Origin: an uncultured Odoribacter sp.
GTDB lineage: Bacteria; Bacteroidota; Bacteroidia; Bacteroidales; Marinifilaceae
Length of the DNA stretch: 64,000 bases
NCBI GenBank assembly: GCA_910578985.1
Contig: CAJTSF010000007.1
Coordinates: 3,177-67,176, forward strand
Reading direction: 5' to 3'
Both the position numbers and the translations under genes were made by a program. How positions within the stretch are numbered: the stretch's first letter is position 1; each line of letters opens with the position of its first letter. The notes under the pieces were generated by a model that was not told the DNA's origin, ran no database searches, and saw only the letters and a program-made list of their open reading frames with translations. Positions 49,020 through 57,769 of this stretch are shown in pieces.

Positions 49020-49586
49020 CTATTTCCGCCACCACAAAAACAGGAACACATCCGTCCTGCGCAAGTGCTCCAACTTCGCCCGCAAAGTCCTCATCGCCCG
49101 ATATAACTGCGTTTCCACCGTCCTCACCGATATATTCAGCAAACCGGCAATATCGGCACTCTTTTTCCCCGCAAACCGGCTCAACAGAAAAATCTCCCGG
49201 CACTGCTCCGGCAACGAGTCCACCGCCCGTTTGATTTCCGCCAACACCTCATTCCGGCTCTCCTGCAGGAAAAACTCCTCGACGTTATTCTCGCTCCGTT
49301 TCCCGTGCTCCTCGACAAAACGCGCAAACTCCTGTTTCACCCGCTCATGTTTCAACATATTCAACGCCTCATGGTAAACCGCCCGGAAAAGATAAGCGCT
49401 CAGCGAAACCTCAATCCTCAACTTCTCGCGTTTTTCCCACAAATCGCAAAACACCCCCTGCACCAAATCCTCCGCCTGCTCATGGTCCCGTACCAGCGAC
49501 TCCGCATACACGCACAAACGGGCATACATTTCCCGGAACAACTGCTCGAAAGCCCTCTCGTCACCCCTTGCTATGGCATTTATCAT
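49020..49586 (-). CDS. ECF RNA polymerase sigma-70 factor (Bacteroides expansion type)
   Basis: 188 aa with region 2 (..DHEQAEDLVQGVFCDLWEKR..) and a region 4 HTH (..KKSADIAGLLNISVRTVETQLYRAMRTLR). Confidence 0.92.
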   Translation of the reverse strand: MINAIARGDERAFEQLFREMYARLCVYAESLVRDHEQAEDLVQGVFCDLWEKREKLRIEVSLSAYLFRAVYHEALNMLKHERVKQEFARFVEEHGKRSENNVEEFFLQESRNEVLAEIKRAVDSLPEQCREIFLLSRFAGKKSADIAGLLNISVRTVETQLYRAMRTLRAKLEHLRRTDVFLFLWWRK

Positions 49587-49607
49587 ATACTCGGAAAAAA
49601 CAGGTTA

Positions 49608-49665
49608 CATCCTGCAAACATAAGATTTCAGGCACACAATTCCAAAAAATCCCCCCATTAAAAAT
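49608..49665 (-). promoter_or_regulatory. Promoter block copy B (paralogue of 38016..38073)
   Basis: catcctgcaaacataagatttcaggcacacaattccaaaaaatccccccattaaaaat. The -7 box is at 49615..49622 (minus strand TAtgTTTG), 29 nt from the sigma-factor ATG. Confidence 0.6.
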
Positions 49666-49691
49666 TTCCACACCCCTCCCCCCCATCCTTC

Positions 49692-49905
49692 GGGAAAGTC
49701 ACAAGTAACTCTGAGGAAACTCCCTGTCATGGCAAAACCTACCCCAAGGCAACGCGATGGGTATGCGATGCTCCCATCGCGAACCCATCGCGTTAGCTTC
49801 GCGTTGGTATCGCGTTGCCTCAGACTTTCCCCCGAGTTACCCCGGGCTTACCCACGCGCTTCCATGAGGAATATGGAGGATTCGGTTGGGGGATTCGGGG
49901 GGAAA
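49692..49905. repeat. Element E3: nested imperfect palindromes with 11-bp-phased units
   Basis: ggcaacgcgat (49748..49758) pairs with atcgcgttgcc (49809..49819). gggaaagtc..tctgagg (49692..49716) pairs with cctcagactttccc (49818..49831). tcgcg starts at 49777, 49788, 49799 and 49810 (exact 11-bp period), and gcgat at 49754 and 49765. A second hairpin pairs ctttccccc with ggggggaaa, reaching about 49905. Confidence 0.8.
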
Positions 49906-49908
49906 TGG

Positions 49909-49916
49909 TATATTTG
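49909..49916 (+). promoter_or_regulatory. -7 box (TAtaTTTG) upstream of the flippase gene
   Basis: Exact TAnnTTTG match, 25 nt upstream of ATG 49941. Confidence 0.45.
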
Positions 49917-49940
49917 CCCGGTTTAAGATTCGAGAGGATT

Positions 49941-51440
49941 ATGGCTGGAATTAAAAGTTTGGCGAAAGATACGGCGATTTACGGCATGAGCAGCATCGTG
50001 GGGAAGTTCCTGAACTGGTGCCTGACACCGTTGTACACGTATCTGCTGGTGCCGGAGGAATACGGCACGGTGGTGAACCTATATGCGTGGATGGGACTGT
50101 TGCTGGTGCTGCTGACGTATGGCATGGAAACGGGCTTCTTCCGTTTCGCGAACGATCCGGAGAAGGGGGATGCGGAGAGTGTTTTCGCAACGGGGATGAT
50201 TTCCATCGGGGCGAGCACGCTGCTGTTCGCGGTTCTCGCCAGAGTGTTCCTCACTCCCGCGGCGCAGGTGCTGCATTGCGGGGCACACCGGGAATATGCG
50301 GGGATGATGGCGGCGATTGTCGCGCTGGATGTGTTGGGAGCGTTGCCGTTCGCATACCTGCGATTCCGATCGCGCCCGATGCGGTTTGCCGTCCTGAAGC
50401 TGGCGAACATCGGGCTGACGATTGCCTTGAACCTGTTTTTCCTCGTGGGGTGTCCCGCCATTTACCGGAGCCATCCGGAGTGGGTGGCGTGGTTTTACAA
50501 CCCGGACTACGGGGCGGGATATATCCTGGTGTCGAACGTCATCGCGTCCGCGGTGGTGCTCCTGTTGTTGATGCCGGAGGTGAGGGGTGTCCGATGGAGG
50601 TTCCGCGCGGGGCTGCTGCGGGAGATGTTACGTTATTCGTTCCCGCTGCTGGTGCTGGGACTGGCGGGCATCATGAACCAGAATCTGGATAAAATCCTGT
50701 ACGCTTACCTGGTGCCGGACCAGACGGAGGCGATGAACGGGCTGGGCATTTACGGGGCGAACGCGAAAATCGCGGTGGTGATGATTATGTTCACGCAGGC
50801 GTTCCGGTATGCTTACGAGCCGTTCATTTTCGCCCGCACGAAGGGGGAGGACAAGCGGACGACGTACGCGCTGGCGATGAAGTGGTTCGTCATTGTGGAC
50901 CTGCTGATATTCCTCGGGGTGATGTTCTATCTGGATGTCCTCCGCTATTTCATCGACCCGCGCTATTTCGAGGGGTTGAAGGTGGTGCCTGTCATTATGA
51001 TGGCGGAACTGTTTTCGGGGGTGTTCTTCAATCTGTCGCTGTGGTACAAGCTGACGGACCGGACGCAGTGGGGCATCTATTTTTCGGTCATCGGGCTGGC
51101 GGTCATCGTGACGGGGAACGTGTTGCTGGTGCCGCGCTACGGGTATGTCGCCTGCGCTTGGGCGGCGTTCGCGTGCTATTTCGTGATGATGTTCCTCTCC
51201 TGGCTGGCAGGGCAAAAATATTACCCCATCCGCTACGACTTGCGCGGGATGGGGCGGTATGCGTTGCTGGCGATGGTGCTGTACGTCGCGGGGACGAGGA
51301 TTCCCATCGACAATCTGGCGTTGCGCCTGGCGTTCCGTACGGTGCTGCTGGCGGGATACGCCGTTTATCTCATCAGGCATGACCTCCCGCTGGGCGCCAT
51401 TCCGGTTATCAACCGGTGGGCGCGCAAAGGCGAAAGGTAA
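49941..51440 (+). CDS. Oligosaccharide/polysaccharide flippase (MOP superfamily, Wzx-like)
   Basis: I chose the start at MAGIKSLAKDTAIYGMSSIVGKFLNWCLTPLYT. It is about 499 aa and polytopic, with roughly 12-14 hydrophobic segments. Confidence 0.8.
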   Translation: MAGIKSLAKDTAIYGMSSIVGKFLNWCLTPLYTYLLVPEEYGTVVNLYAWMGLLLVLLTYGMETGFFRFANDPEKGDAESVFATGMISIGASTLLFAVLARVFLTPAAQVLHCGAHREYAGMMAAIVALDVLGALPFAYLRFRSRPMRFAVLKLANIGLTIALNLFFLVGCPAIYRSHPEWVAWFYNPDYGAGYILVSNVIASAVVLLLLMPEVRGVRWRFRAGLLREMLRYSFPLLVLGLAGIMNQNLDKILYAYLVPDQTEAMNGLGIYGANAKIAVVMIMFTQAFRYAYEPFIFARTKGEDKRTTYALAMKWFVIVDLLIFLGVMFYLDVLRYFIDPRYFEGLKVVPVIMMAELFSGVFFNLSLWYKLTDRTQWGIYFSVIGLAVIVTGNVLLVPRYGYVACAWAAFACYFVMMFLSWLAGQKYYPIRYDLRGMGRYALLAMVLYVAGTRIPIDNLALRLAFRTVLLAGYAVYLIRHDLPLGAIPVINRWARKGER

Positions 51441-51444
51441 AATA

Positions 51445-51990
51445 TCAATGCCGCGCTTCCCATTTCATCTCCTCCGCCCCTTCCCGGTGCGCGAGTTGGC
51501 GGGCAAGGATAAACAGGTAGTCGGAGAGGCGGTTGATGTATTTGAGCAACAGACCGTCCACCTCTTCCTGCTCCGCGAGGTCGAGAATGCGGCGCTCGGC
51601 ACGGCGGCATACGGTGCGCGCCACATGGCAGGCGGACACGGCGGCTGAACCGCCGGGGAGGACGAAGGAGCGCATGGGAGGCAGGGAGGCGTCCATGCGG
51701 TCGATGGCTTGCTCGAGGAGGAGGATGTCTTCCTCGCGAATGGAGACCTTGGCAAAGGAATCCGTAGGGGCGGTCGCCAGGTAGCCCCCCGCATCGAACA
51801 GGCGGCGCTGGATTTCGACCAGTTCGTCCGCCACAGGAGACGCCGCGGGGAAGGAACGCACCATGCCGATGTGGCTGTTCAATTCATCCACGGTACCGTA
51901 AGACTCCAGGCGGGCGCTGTTCTTGGACACCCGCTGCCCGCCCACGAGGGAGGTCGTGCCTTGGTCTCCCGTTTTCGTATAGATTTTCAT
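51445..51990 (-). CDS. ATP:cob(I)alamin adenosyltransferase, PduO type
   Basis: 181 aa with MKIYTKTGDQGTTSLVGGQRVSKNSARLESYGTVDELNSHIG, the hallmark PduO-type N-terminus. Confidence 0.92.
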   Translation of the reverse strand: MKIYTKTGDQGTTSLVGGQRVSKNSARLESYGTVDELNSHIGMVRSFPAASPVADELVEIQRRLFDAGGYLATAPTDSFAKVSIREEDILLLEQAIDRMDASLPPMRSFVLPGGSAAVSACHVARTVCRRAERRILDLAEQEEVDGLLLKYINRLSDYLFILARQLAHREGAEEMKWEARH

Positions 51991-52002
51991 GGTTTCAAGT
52001 AT

Positions 52003-52569
52003 TTAGAGCATGAGTTTATAGTTTCCTTTCTGAATCTTGCGGTCGAAAAGCAGCAGCCCGTACCACATCATGTCCACGCTGACCGTCGCCTGTTCGCGGA
52101 GCCGGCGCCACAGGGCGGCATGCCGGGCATCCTTGTGTATGTCGGCAATGACAAGGTATCGGGGATAGTCTTCCGGCGCAAAGGGCAGCATCCGCCCCAC
52201 CTCCTCCACGGATGCCCCGCACCCGAGGTAGATGAAATCCGCCCTGTCGAAGAAGGAGGGCGCATCCGTGATATGCACTTCGCCGTGAAGCACGGACAGA
52301 TAGCCTGCCAGCAAAGAGGAGTGGCGCCCGAGGCATACCACCTCCCGCACCCGCAGGCAACGGACCAGACGGGAGAGCAGACGGAAGACCTTGTATTCCC
52401 GCCTGCCCAGCAGGTGTGCCTGTCGCATCTCCACGGAACAGGCGCCGCGAGGCTTCCGGTCGCGGATGACGTTCATAATGAGGTTGAACATGAAAGGAGA
52501 GTGTACCCCGAACCCCCGTTTGTGCCGGAAACAGACGGCATGTTTTAACCTTGCTTTCAAATAATCCAT
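52003..52569 (-). CDS. Conserved hypothetical protein
   Basis: I preferred the start at MDYLKARLKH (52569), because the 52605 start would overlap the divergent recG. I saw no diagnostic motif and make no function call. Confidence 0.55.
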   Translation of the reverse strand: MDYLKARLKHAVCFRHKRGFGVHSPFMFNLIMNVIRDRKPRGACSVEMRQAHLLGRREYKVFRLLSRLVRCLRVREVVCLGRHSSLLAGYLSVLHGEVHITDAPSFFDRADFIYLGCGASVEEVGRMLPFAPEDYPRYLVIADIHKDARHAALWRRLREQATVSVDMMWYGLLLFDRKIQKGNYKLML

Positions 52570-52587
52570 ATCGCGTGCACGCAATGA

Positions 52588-54741
52588 TTGTGCAAAATTA
52601 AACAATTATTCGTACCTTTGAAACCCTATACGACGAAACATTTGGAACTGTCCGGATTGCATATTAAATTCCTGCCCGGCGTCGGCGACAAGAGGGCGGC
52701 GGTCCTGCAAGAAGAGTTGGGCGTGCAGAGCTACGAGGACATGCTTTATCATGTGCCCTACAAGTATATCGACCGCTCCAAGATTTACCCCATTGCGGAA
52801 CTGAACAAGCAACTGCCTTACATTCAAATCAAGGCGCGCATCCGCGACCTGCAGACGGTGGGCGCGGGCAAGGCGCAACGCATGACCGCCATCGCGTACG
52901 ACGACACGGGGACGCTGGAACTGGTGTGGTTCAAAGGATTCAAATACCTCGCCGGGCAACTCCACCCCGAGCAGGAATACCTGATTTTCGGGCAACCGTC
53001 GGAATTCAACCGCCGGCTGAATATCGTCCATCCGGAAATCGACCGCTTCGACAAAGCCTCCCCCCTGCTCGTGGGATTCCAGGCGGTGTACCCGACCACG
53101 GAAAAAATGAAGAAGGCATTCCTGAATTCGAAAGCCATCGGCAAGATTCAGGATGCTATTTTCAAGTCCGTCAAAGAGAAAATCCCCGAAACCCTCCCCG
53201 CCTGGTTCATCCGGAAGTACAAACTCATGTACCTGCACGAAGCGCTCCACAACGTCCACTTCCCGGAATCCCCGGAGATGCTGCGCCAGGCGCAATACCG
53301 CCTCAAACTGGAGGAGCTGTTCTATATCCAGCTCAATATCCTCAAACTGAAATACAAGCGGAAGACCTATTTCAAAGGACAGGTGTTCCAAACCGTGGGG
53401 GAATACTTCAACACGTTCTATTCCAGCCATCTTCCTTTCCCCCTCACCGGCGCCCAAAAGCGCGTGATACGGGAAATCCGACAGGACTGCGGCACGGGCA
53501 AACAGATGAACCGCCTGCTGCAAGGCGATGTGGGAAGCGGGAAGACGCTGGTGGCGGTCATGTGCATGCTGATTGCCCTTGACAATTGTTTCCAGACCTG
53601 CCTCATGGCTCCCACGGAAATCCTGGCAACGCAGCACTACGAAACCATCCGCACAATGTTGCAGGAGATGAATATCTCCGTCGCCCTGCTCACCGGTTCC
53701 ACCAAAAAGAAGGAACGCGAAGAGATTCACGAGGGGCTCCGCGACGGCTCGCTGCAAATCCTCATCGGCACCCACGCCCTGCTGGAGGACGTAGTCACAT
53801 TCCGGAACATCGGGCTGGTCATCATCGACGAACAACACCGCTTCGGGGTGGCGCAACGCGCCAAACTGTGGCAGAAGGGCGACATCCCCCCCCATGTGCT
53901 GGTGATGACCGCCACGCCCATCCCCCGCACCCTTGCCATGACGCTGTACGGGGACCTGGATGTGTCGGTCATCGATGAAATGCCCCCCGGACGCAAACCG
54001 ATTACCACACTGCACACCTTCGACCGGAAGCGCCTCGACGTGTTCCGCTTCATAGAAAAGGAACTGGCGCAGGGACGGCAGGCGTATGTCGTGTATCCCC
54101 TGATTTCGGAATCGGAGAAACTCGACTTCCGCGACCTGGAAGCCGGATTCGAACAAATCAACAACTACTTCCTGCCCAAAGGCTATAAGACGGGCATGGT
54201 GCACGGCAAACTGAAACCGGCAGAAAAAGACGCCGAAATGCAACGGTTCGTCAAGGCGGAAACGAAGATATTGGTGGCGACGACCGTCATCGAAGTGGGG
54301 GTGAACGTCCCCAACGCCTCCATCATGGTCATCGAGAGCGCGGAGCGCTTCGGGCTGTCACAGCTGCACCAGCTGCGCGGGCGGGTGGGACGCGGAGCGG
54401 ACCAATCGTACTGCATCCTCATGACCTCCTACAAGATTTCCAACGAATCCCGGAAACGCATCGAGACGATGACCTCCACCAACGACGGATTCGAAATCGC
54501 CGAAGCCGACCTGAAACTGCGCGGTCCCGGCGACATTGAAGGCACCCAACAGAGCGGGCTGACTTGCAGCCTGAAGGTCGCAAACCTCGGGAAAGACGCC
54601 CTGATTCTCAGCGAAGCCTCCCGCATCGCCGCCGAAATCCTCGAACAGGATCCCGACCTGCTGGCAGAGGAAAACCAAGTCTTCGCCACCCAAATCAAAC
54701 GCCTGTTCAAAACACGGATTACGTGGAGGTATATCAGTTAA
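52588..54741 (+). CDS. recG: ATP-dependent DNA helicase RecG
   Basis: 717 aa with a wedge domain and the helicase motifs LLQGDVGSGKT, DEQHRFGV, MTATPIPRT and QLHQLRGRVGRG. Confidence 0.95.
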   Translation: MCKIKQLFVPLKPYTTKHLELSGLHIKFLPGVGDKRAAVLQEELGVQSYEDMLYHVPYKYIDRSKIYPIAELNKQLPYIQIKARIRDLQTVGAGKAQRMTAIAYDDTGTLELVWFKGFKYLAGQLHPEQEYLIFGQPSEFNRRLNIVHPEIDRFDKASPLLVGFQAVYPTTEKMKKAFLNSKAIGKIQDAIFKSVKEKIPETLPAWFIRKYKLMYLHEALHNVHFPESPEMLRQAQYRLKLEELFYIQLNILKLKYKRKTYFKGQVFQTVGEYFNTFYSSHLPFPLTGAQKRVIREIRQDCGTGKQMNRLLQGDVGSGKTLVAVMCMLIALDNCFQTCLMAPTEILATQHYETIRTMLQEMNISVALLTGSTKKKEREEIHEGLRDGSLQILIGTHALLEDVVTFRNIGLVIIDEQHRFGVAQRAKLWQKGDIPPHVLVMTATPIPRTLAMTLYGDLDVSVIDEMPPGRKPITTLHTFDRKRLDVFRFIEKELAQGRQAYVVYPLISESEKLDFRDLEAGFEQINNYFLPKGYKTGMVHGKLKPAEKDAEMQRFVKAETKILVATTVIEVGVNVPNASIMVIESAERFGLSQLHQLRGRVGRGADQSYCILMTSYKISNESRKRIETMTSTNDGFEIAEADLKLRGPGDIEGTQQSGLTCSLKVANLGKDALILSEASRIAAEILEQDPDLLAEENQVFATQIKRLFKTRITWRYIS

Positions 54742-54766
54742 AAAAAGGGCGCTTCAGCGCCCTTTT
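54741..54766. terminator. Bidirectional terminator between recG and the DUF3332 gene
   Basis: aaaaaa gggcgc ttca gcgccc tttt. Confidence 0.8.
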
Positions 54767-54787
54767 CCATTTTATCGCATTTTAATC

Positions 54788-55237
54788 TTATCTCACCTGC
54801 AATCCCTTCTCGCTACCATTCATCTGGTACCATTTTCCTTCTTCGGGGAAGTAAGCGAACTCCGCTTTATCGTCGGACTCCTTGGATGCCACGGTCATGT
54901 GGTTCTTCGTTTTGATGACCTCATACATTTTGCCGTCGTGCATCACATCCTGGATTTCCGTCTCGCCATCGTTCATGGCAATCGGATTCTTTCCGCCCCA
55001 GAACTCGATGGAGTTGAAAATCAACACATCGCCCAAGGTGCAAATCTCGTAAGCCGGCAAAATGCACAGACCCAAGAACAGCAACTCGTTCACAAACTTA
55101 TTGTCGGACACCTCGCCGTTCCATGCGTGCAACTTGGAGGTCAGGCGGAAAGGTCCGTAACAACCCGTCAATGAAGGCACCGTTGCCGCCAACAGCGCAA
55201 CTGCCATTACTTTCATCATTGTCTTTTTCATAATCAA
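54788..55237 (-). CDS. DUF3332-like lipoprotein
   Basis: 149 aa with the lipobox LTGC and the motif ..LHAWNGEVSDNKFVNELLFLGLCILPAYEI.. Confidence 0.75.
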   Translation of the reverse strand: MIMKKTMMKVMAVALLAATVPSLTGCYGPFRLTSKLHAWNGEVSDNKFVNELLFLGLCILPAYEICTLGDVLIFNSIEFWGGKNPIAMNDGETEIQDVMHDGKMYEVIKTKNHMTVASKESDDKAEFAYFPEEGKWYQMNGSEKGLQVR

Positions 55238-55363
55238 TCTGTTTTTAAATGAATATCACAATTTATATCTCTTATACTCCAAAAACCTGATGGTTGTTTC
55301 AGAGATTTATACTTTCTTCCTTTTTCAACTGCAATTTTAATGTAATTAAACGGTATAAACAAC

Positions 55364-55392
55364 AAACTCCGGCACAAAAAGCACCGGAGTTT
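55364..55392 (-). terminator. Hairpin downstream of aspA
   Basis: aaactccgg / 11-nt loop / ccggagttt, with A/T-rich flanks. Confidence 0.5.
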
Positions 55393-55416
55393 GAAAAAAA
55401 TCATGAATAAGCCTGC

Positions 55417-56829
55417 TTATTTCTTGATATAGAACTTGTGAGGCTTGATCATATTCTCGGGTTTCAGCAACTCGTCCAGTTCCGCTTTGGTCAGCAGACC
55501 TTCTTCCAGAACGAGGTCGTAAACGCTGCGGTTCTCCTTCAGCGCCCGTTTGGCGATGCGTGAAGAATTCTTGTAACCCAGCGTCGGGTTCAAAGCCGTC
55601 ACGATACCGATGCTGTTCAACACCATCTCACGGCAACGGTCCGCATTCACGGTAATGCCTTCCACGCACTGGGTGCGCAAACGCTCCATACCTTTCTCCA
55701 GCATCTTGATGGAACTGAAAATGGAATCCACCAAGACCGGCTCCATCACGTTCAACTGCAACTGTCCTGCCTCAGCGGCGAAAGTCACCGTCAGGTCGTT
55801 ACCGATGACGCGGAAACAAATCTGATTCACCACTTCCGGAATCACAGGGTTCACCTTACCCGGCATGATGGAAGAACCCGGCTGCATCGGCGGCAGGTTG
55901 ATTTCGCTCAAGCCGCAACGGGGACCGCTGGACAACAGACGCAAGTCGCTACAGATTTTGGACAGTTTCACTGCCATACGCTTCAACGCGGAAGAATACA
56001 TCACTGCGGAACCGGCATCCGGAGTCGCCTCGATGAGGTTGGAAGCCAGCACGAACTCTTCACCGCTGATGATACGCAGATTCTTGATGCACTTGGCGGA
56101 ATATTCCGGTTCCGAGTTGATACCCGTACCGATAGCCGTTGCACCCATATTCACTTCCAGGAACAGCTTGGCATTCTGGTTCAGACGCTCCACTTCCTCT
56201 TCCAGGTTGGCGGCAAACGCCTCGAACTCCTGACCCACGGTCATCGGCACGGCATCCTGCAACTGGGTACGTCCCATTTTGATGATTTCCTTGAACTCCT
56301 CGCCTTTCTGACGGAAAGCGGCAATCAATCTACGCAACTCGGAAACCAGCTCCTCGTTCATGAAAATGAACGCCAGTTTGAAAGAAGTCGGGTAAGCGTC
56401 ATTGGTCGATTGCGACATATTCACGTGGTCGTTCGGGTGGCAATACTCATACTCGCCCTTCTGGTGTCCCAGGATTTCCAACGCACGGTTGGCAACCACT
56501 TCGTTGATATTCATATTGGTCGAAGTACCTGCTCCTCCCTGAATCAGGTCCACCGGAAACTGGTCATGCAGGCTTCCGCTGATGATTTCCTCGCAAGCGC
56601 GGGTAATGGCATCCGCAATGTTGTCGGGAAGAATTTCCAATTCCTGGTTTGCCTTGGCGGCAGCCCATTTGATCATGGCGAGAGCTTTCACATAATTAGG
56701 GTAATGGCTGATAGTCAAACCGCTGATGTTATGGAAATTCTCAATACCGCGAAGAGTTTGAATACCATAGTATGCCTCTGCCGGCACCTCTTTCTCTCCT
56801 AATAAATCGTGTTCGATACGTGTTTTCAT
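55417..56829 (-). CDS. aspA: Aspartate ammonia-lyase
   Basis: 470 aa with MKTRIEHDLLGEKEVPAEAYYGIQTLR and the fumarate-lyase signature GSSIMPGKVNP. I called aspartase rather than fumarase from the N-terminal pattern. Confidence 0.88.
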   Translation of the reverse strand: MKTRIEHDLLGEKEVPAEAYYGIQTLRGIENFHNISGLTISHYPNYVKALAMIKWAAAKANQELEILPDNIADAITRACEEIISGSLHDQFPVDLIQGGAGTSTNMNINEVVANRALEILGHQKGEYEYCHPNDHVNMSQSTNDAYPTSFKLAFIFMNEELVSELRRLIAAFRQKGEEFKEIIKMGRTQLQDAVPMTVGQEFEAFAANLEEEVERLNQNAKLFLEVNMGATAIGTGINSEPEYSAKCIKNLRIISGEEFVLASNLIEATPDAGSAVMYSSALKRMAVKLSKICSDLRLLSSGPRCGLSEINLPPMQPGSSIMPGKVNPVIPEVVNQICFRVIGNDLTVTFAAEAGQLQLNVMEPVLVDSIFSSIKMLEKGMERLRTQCVEGITVNADRCREMVLNSIGIVTALNPTLGYKNSSRIAKRALKENRSVYDLVLEEGLLTKAELDELLKPENMIKPHKFYIKK

Positions 56830-56866
56830 TATTCTATCTTTTTAGTCCCTTTTTTGAATAATTCCG

Positions 56867-56874
56867 CAAAAGTA
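56867..56874 (-). promoter_or_regulatory. -7 box (TActTTTG on the minus strand) upstream of aspA
   Basis: The plus strand reads caaaagta, 38 nt upstream of the aspA ATG. Confidence 0.45.
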
Positions 56875-56914
56875 GCAAAGAAAATACATTCTACCTAACT
56901 TTCCCCGAAAGAAA

Positions 56915-57388
56915 TTACTCCTCTTCCGTGCTCTCCTCCTCTGCCGCGGGTTCCTCGAAATAAGGATACACATCCATGAACGTCGTGTCCGCCAGGCTCG
57001 CGATTTCATACGGCACCACGAACGTGGAGAGGCTTTTTTCCAGATTCTCCAAAGCCCGTTTGATGTCGGACGCCGCCACGAGATAATACTGGAACGAGGA
57101 TTTCTCCTTCCCGCTCACCTCGTCCGCGTCGATAATCGCCACCTTCGCCTTGTACCACCGGTCGTCCGTCTCATCCTCCGAAGGCACCACCTCCGTGATG
57201 TTCGACTTCTTCAGGCTGCTGATGTAATAATCGCCGGACACCACCGATTCCATCTCGCGGGTAATCCGGCTCTCCGCCTCCGTGTAGGACATGGCATCCA
57301 GCAGGTACGCCTCGTTCACCTTCTTCTCCTTGCCGTCCTCGCTCACTTTCATGTATTTTACTTTCGCTTCAAACCAATTCGCTGTCAT
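56915..57388 (-). CDS. DUF4494-like protein with acidic C-terminal tail
   Basis: 157 aa with MTANWFEAKVKYMKVSEDGKEKKVNEAYLLDAMSYTEAE... The tail is EEPAAEEESTEEE. Confidence 0.7.
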   Translation of the reverse strand: MTANWFEAKVKYMKVSEDGKEKKVNEAYLLDAMSYTEAESRITREMESVVSGDYYISSLKKSNITEVVPSEDETDDRWYKAKVAIIDADEVSGKEKSSFQYYLVAASDIKRALENLEKSLSTFVVPYEIASLADTTFMDVYPYFEEPAAEEESTEEE

Positions 57389-57430
57389 AAATTTCTCCTT
57401 CCCTGTTTTAATCGTTCACTTGTTTTTCCT

Positions 57431-57742
57431 TTACGCCTGTCCCTTCGGTTCCAGTCCGATGGGGAACACCGCCTGCTCGTTCCCTGCCAGGCGGATGGTT
57501 CCGTTGTCCTGTTCGAACTTCCGGATATTGTCCTGCAATGCCAGCATAAGCCGTTTCGTATTCTCCGGCGTCAGGATTATCCGGCTCTTCACCTCCGGCT
57601 TCTGCACGCCCGGCATCAGGCGCACAAAATCCACGATAAACTCCGATGTCGAATGCGCGATAATCGCCAGGTTCGCATACGTTCCCTGCGCCACCTCGCG
57701 GCTCAGGTCGATTTCCAACTGTTGTTGTTTCTGTTCTTCCAT
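57431..57742 (-). CDS. DUF3467-like protein
   Basis: 103 aa with ..GTYANLAIIAHSTSEFIVDFVRLMPG.. Confidence 0.75.
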   Translation of the reverse strand: MEEQKQQQLEIDLSREVAQGTYANLAIIAHSTSEFIVDFVRLMPGVQKPEVKSRIILTPENTKRLMLALQDNIRKFEQDNGTIRLAGNEQAVFPIGLEPKGQA

Positions 57743-57769
57743 ACTCCCAAATTCTATCTGTTATCGTCT

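Noticed and set aside
49692-49716. RNase P RNA-like word (gggaaagtc / gaggaaact).
   Set aside because: Only a short resemblance to the GAGGAAAGUCC P4 element. The region is far too short and lacks the other conserved RNase P helices.
52606-54243. 545-aa minus-strand ORF.
   Set aside because: It is antisense to recG, which has clear helicase motifs on the plus strand.
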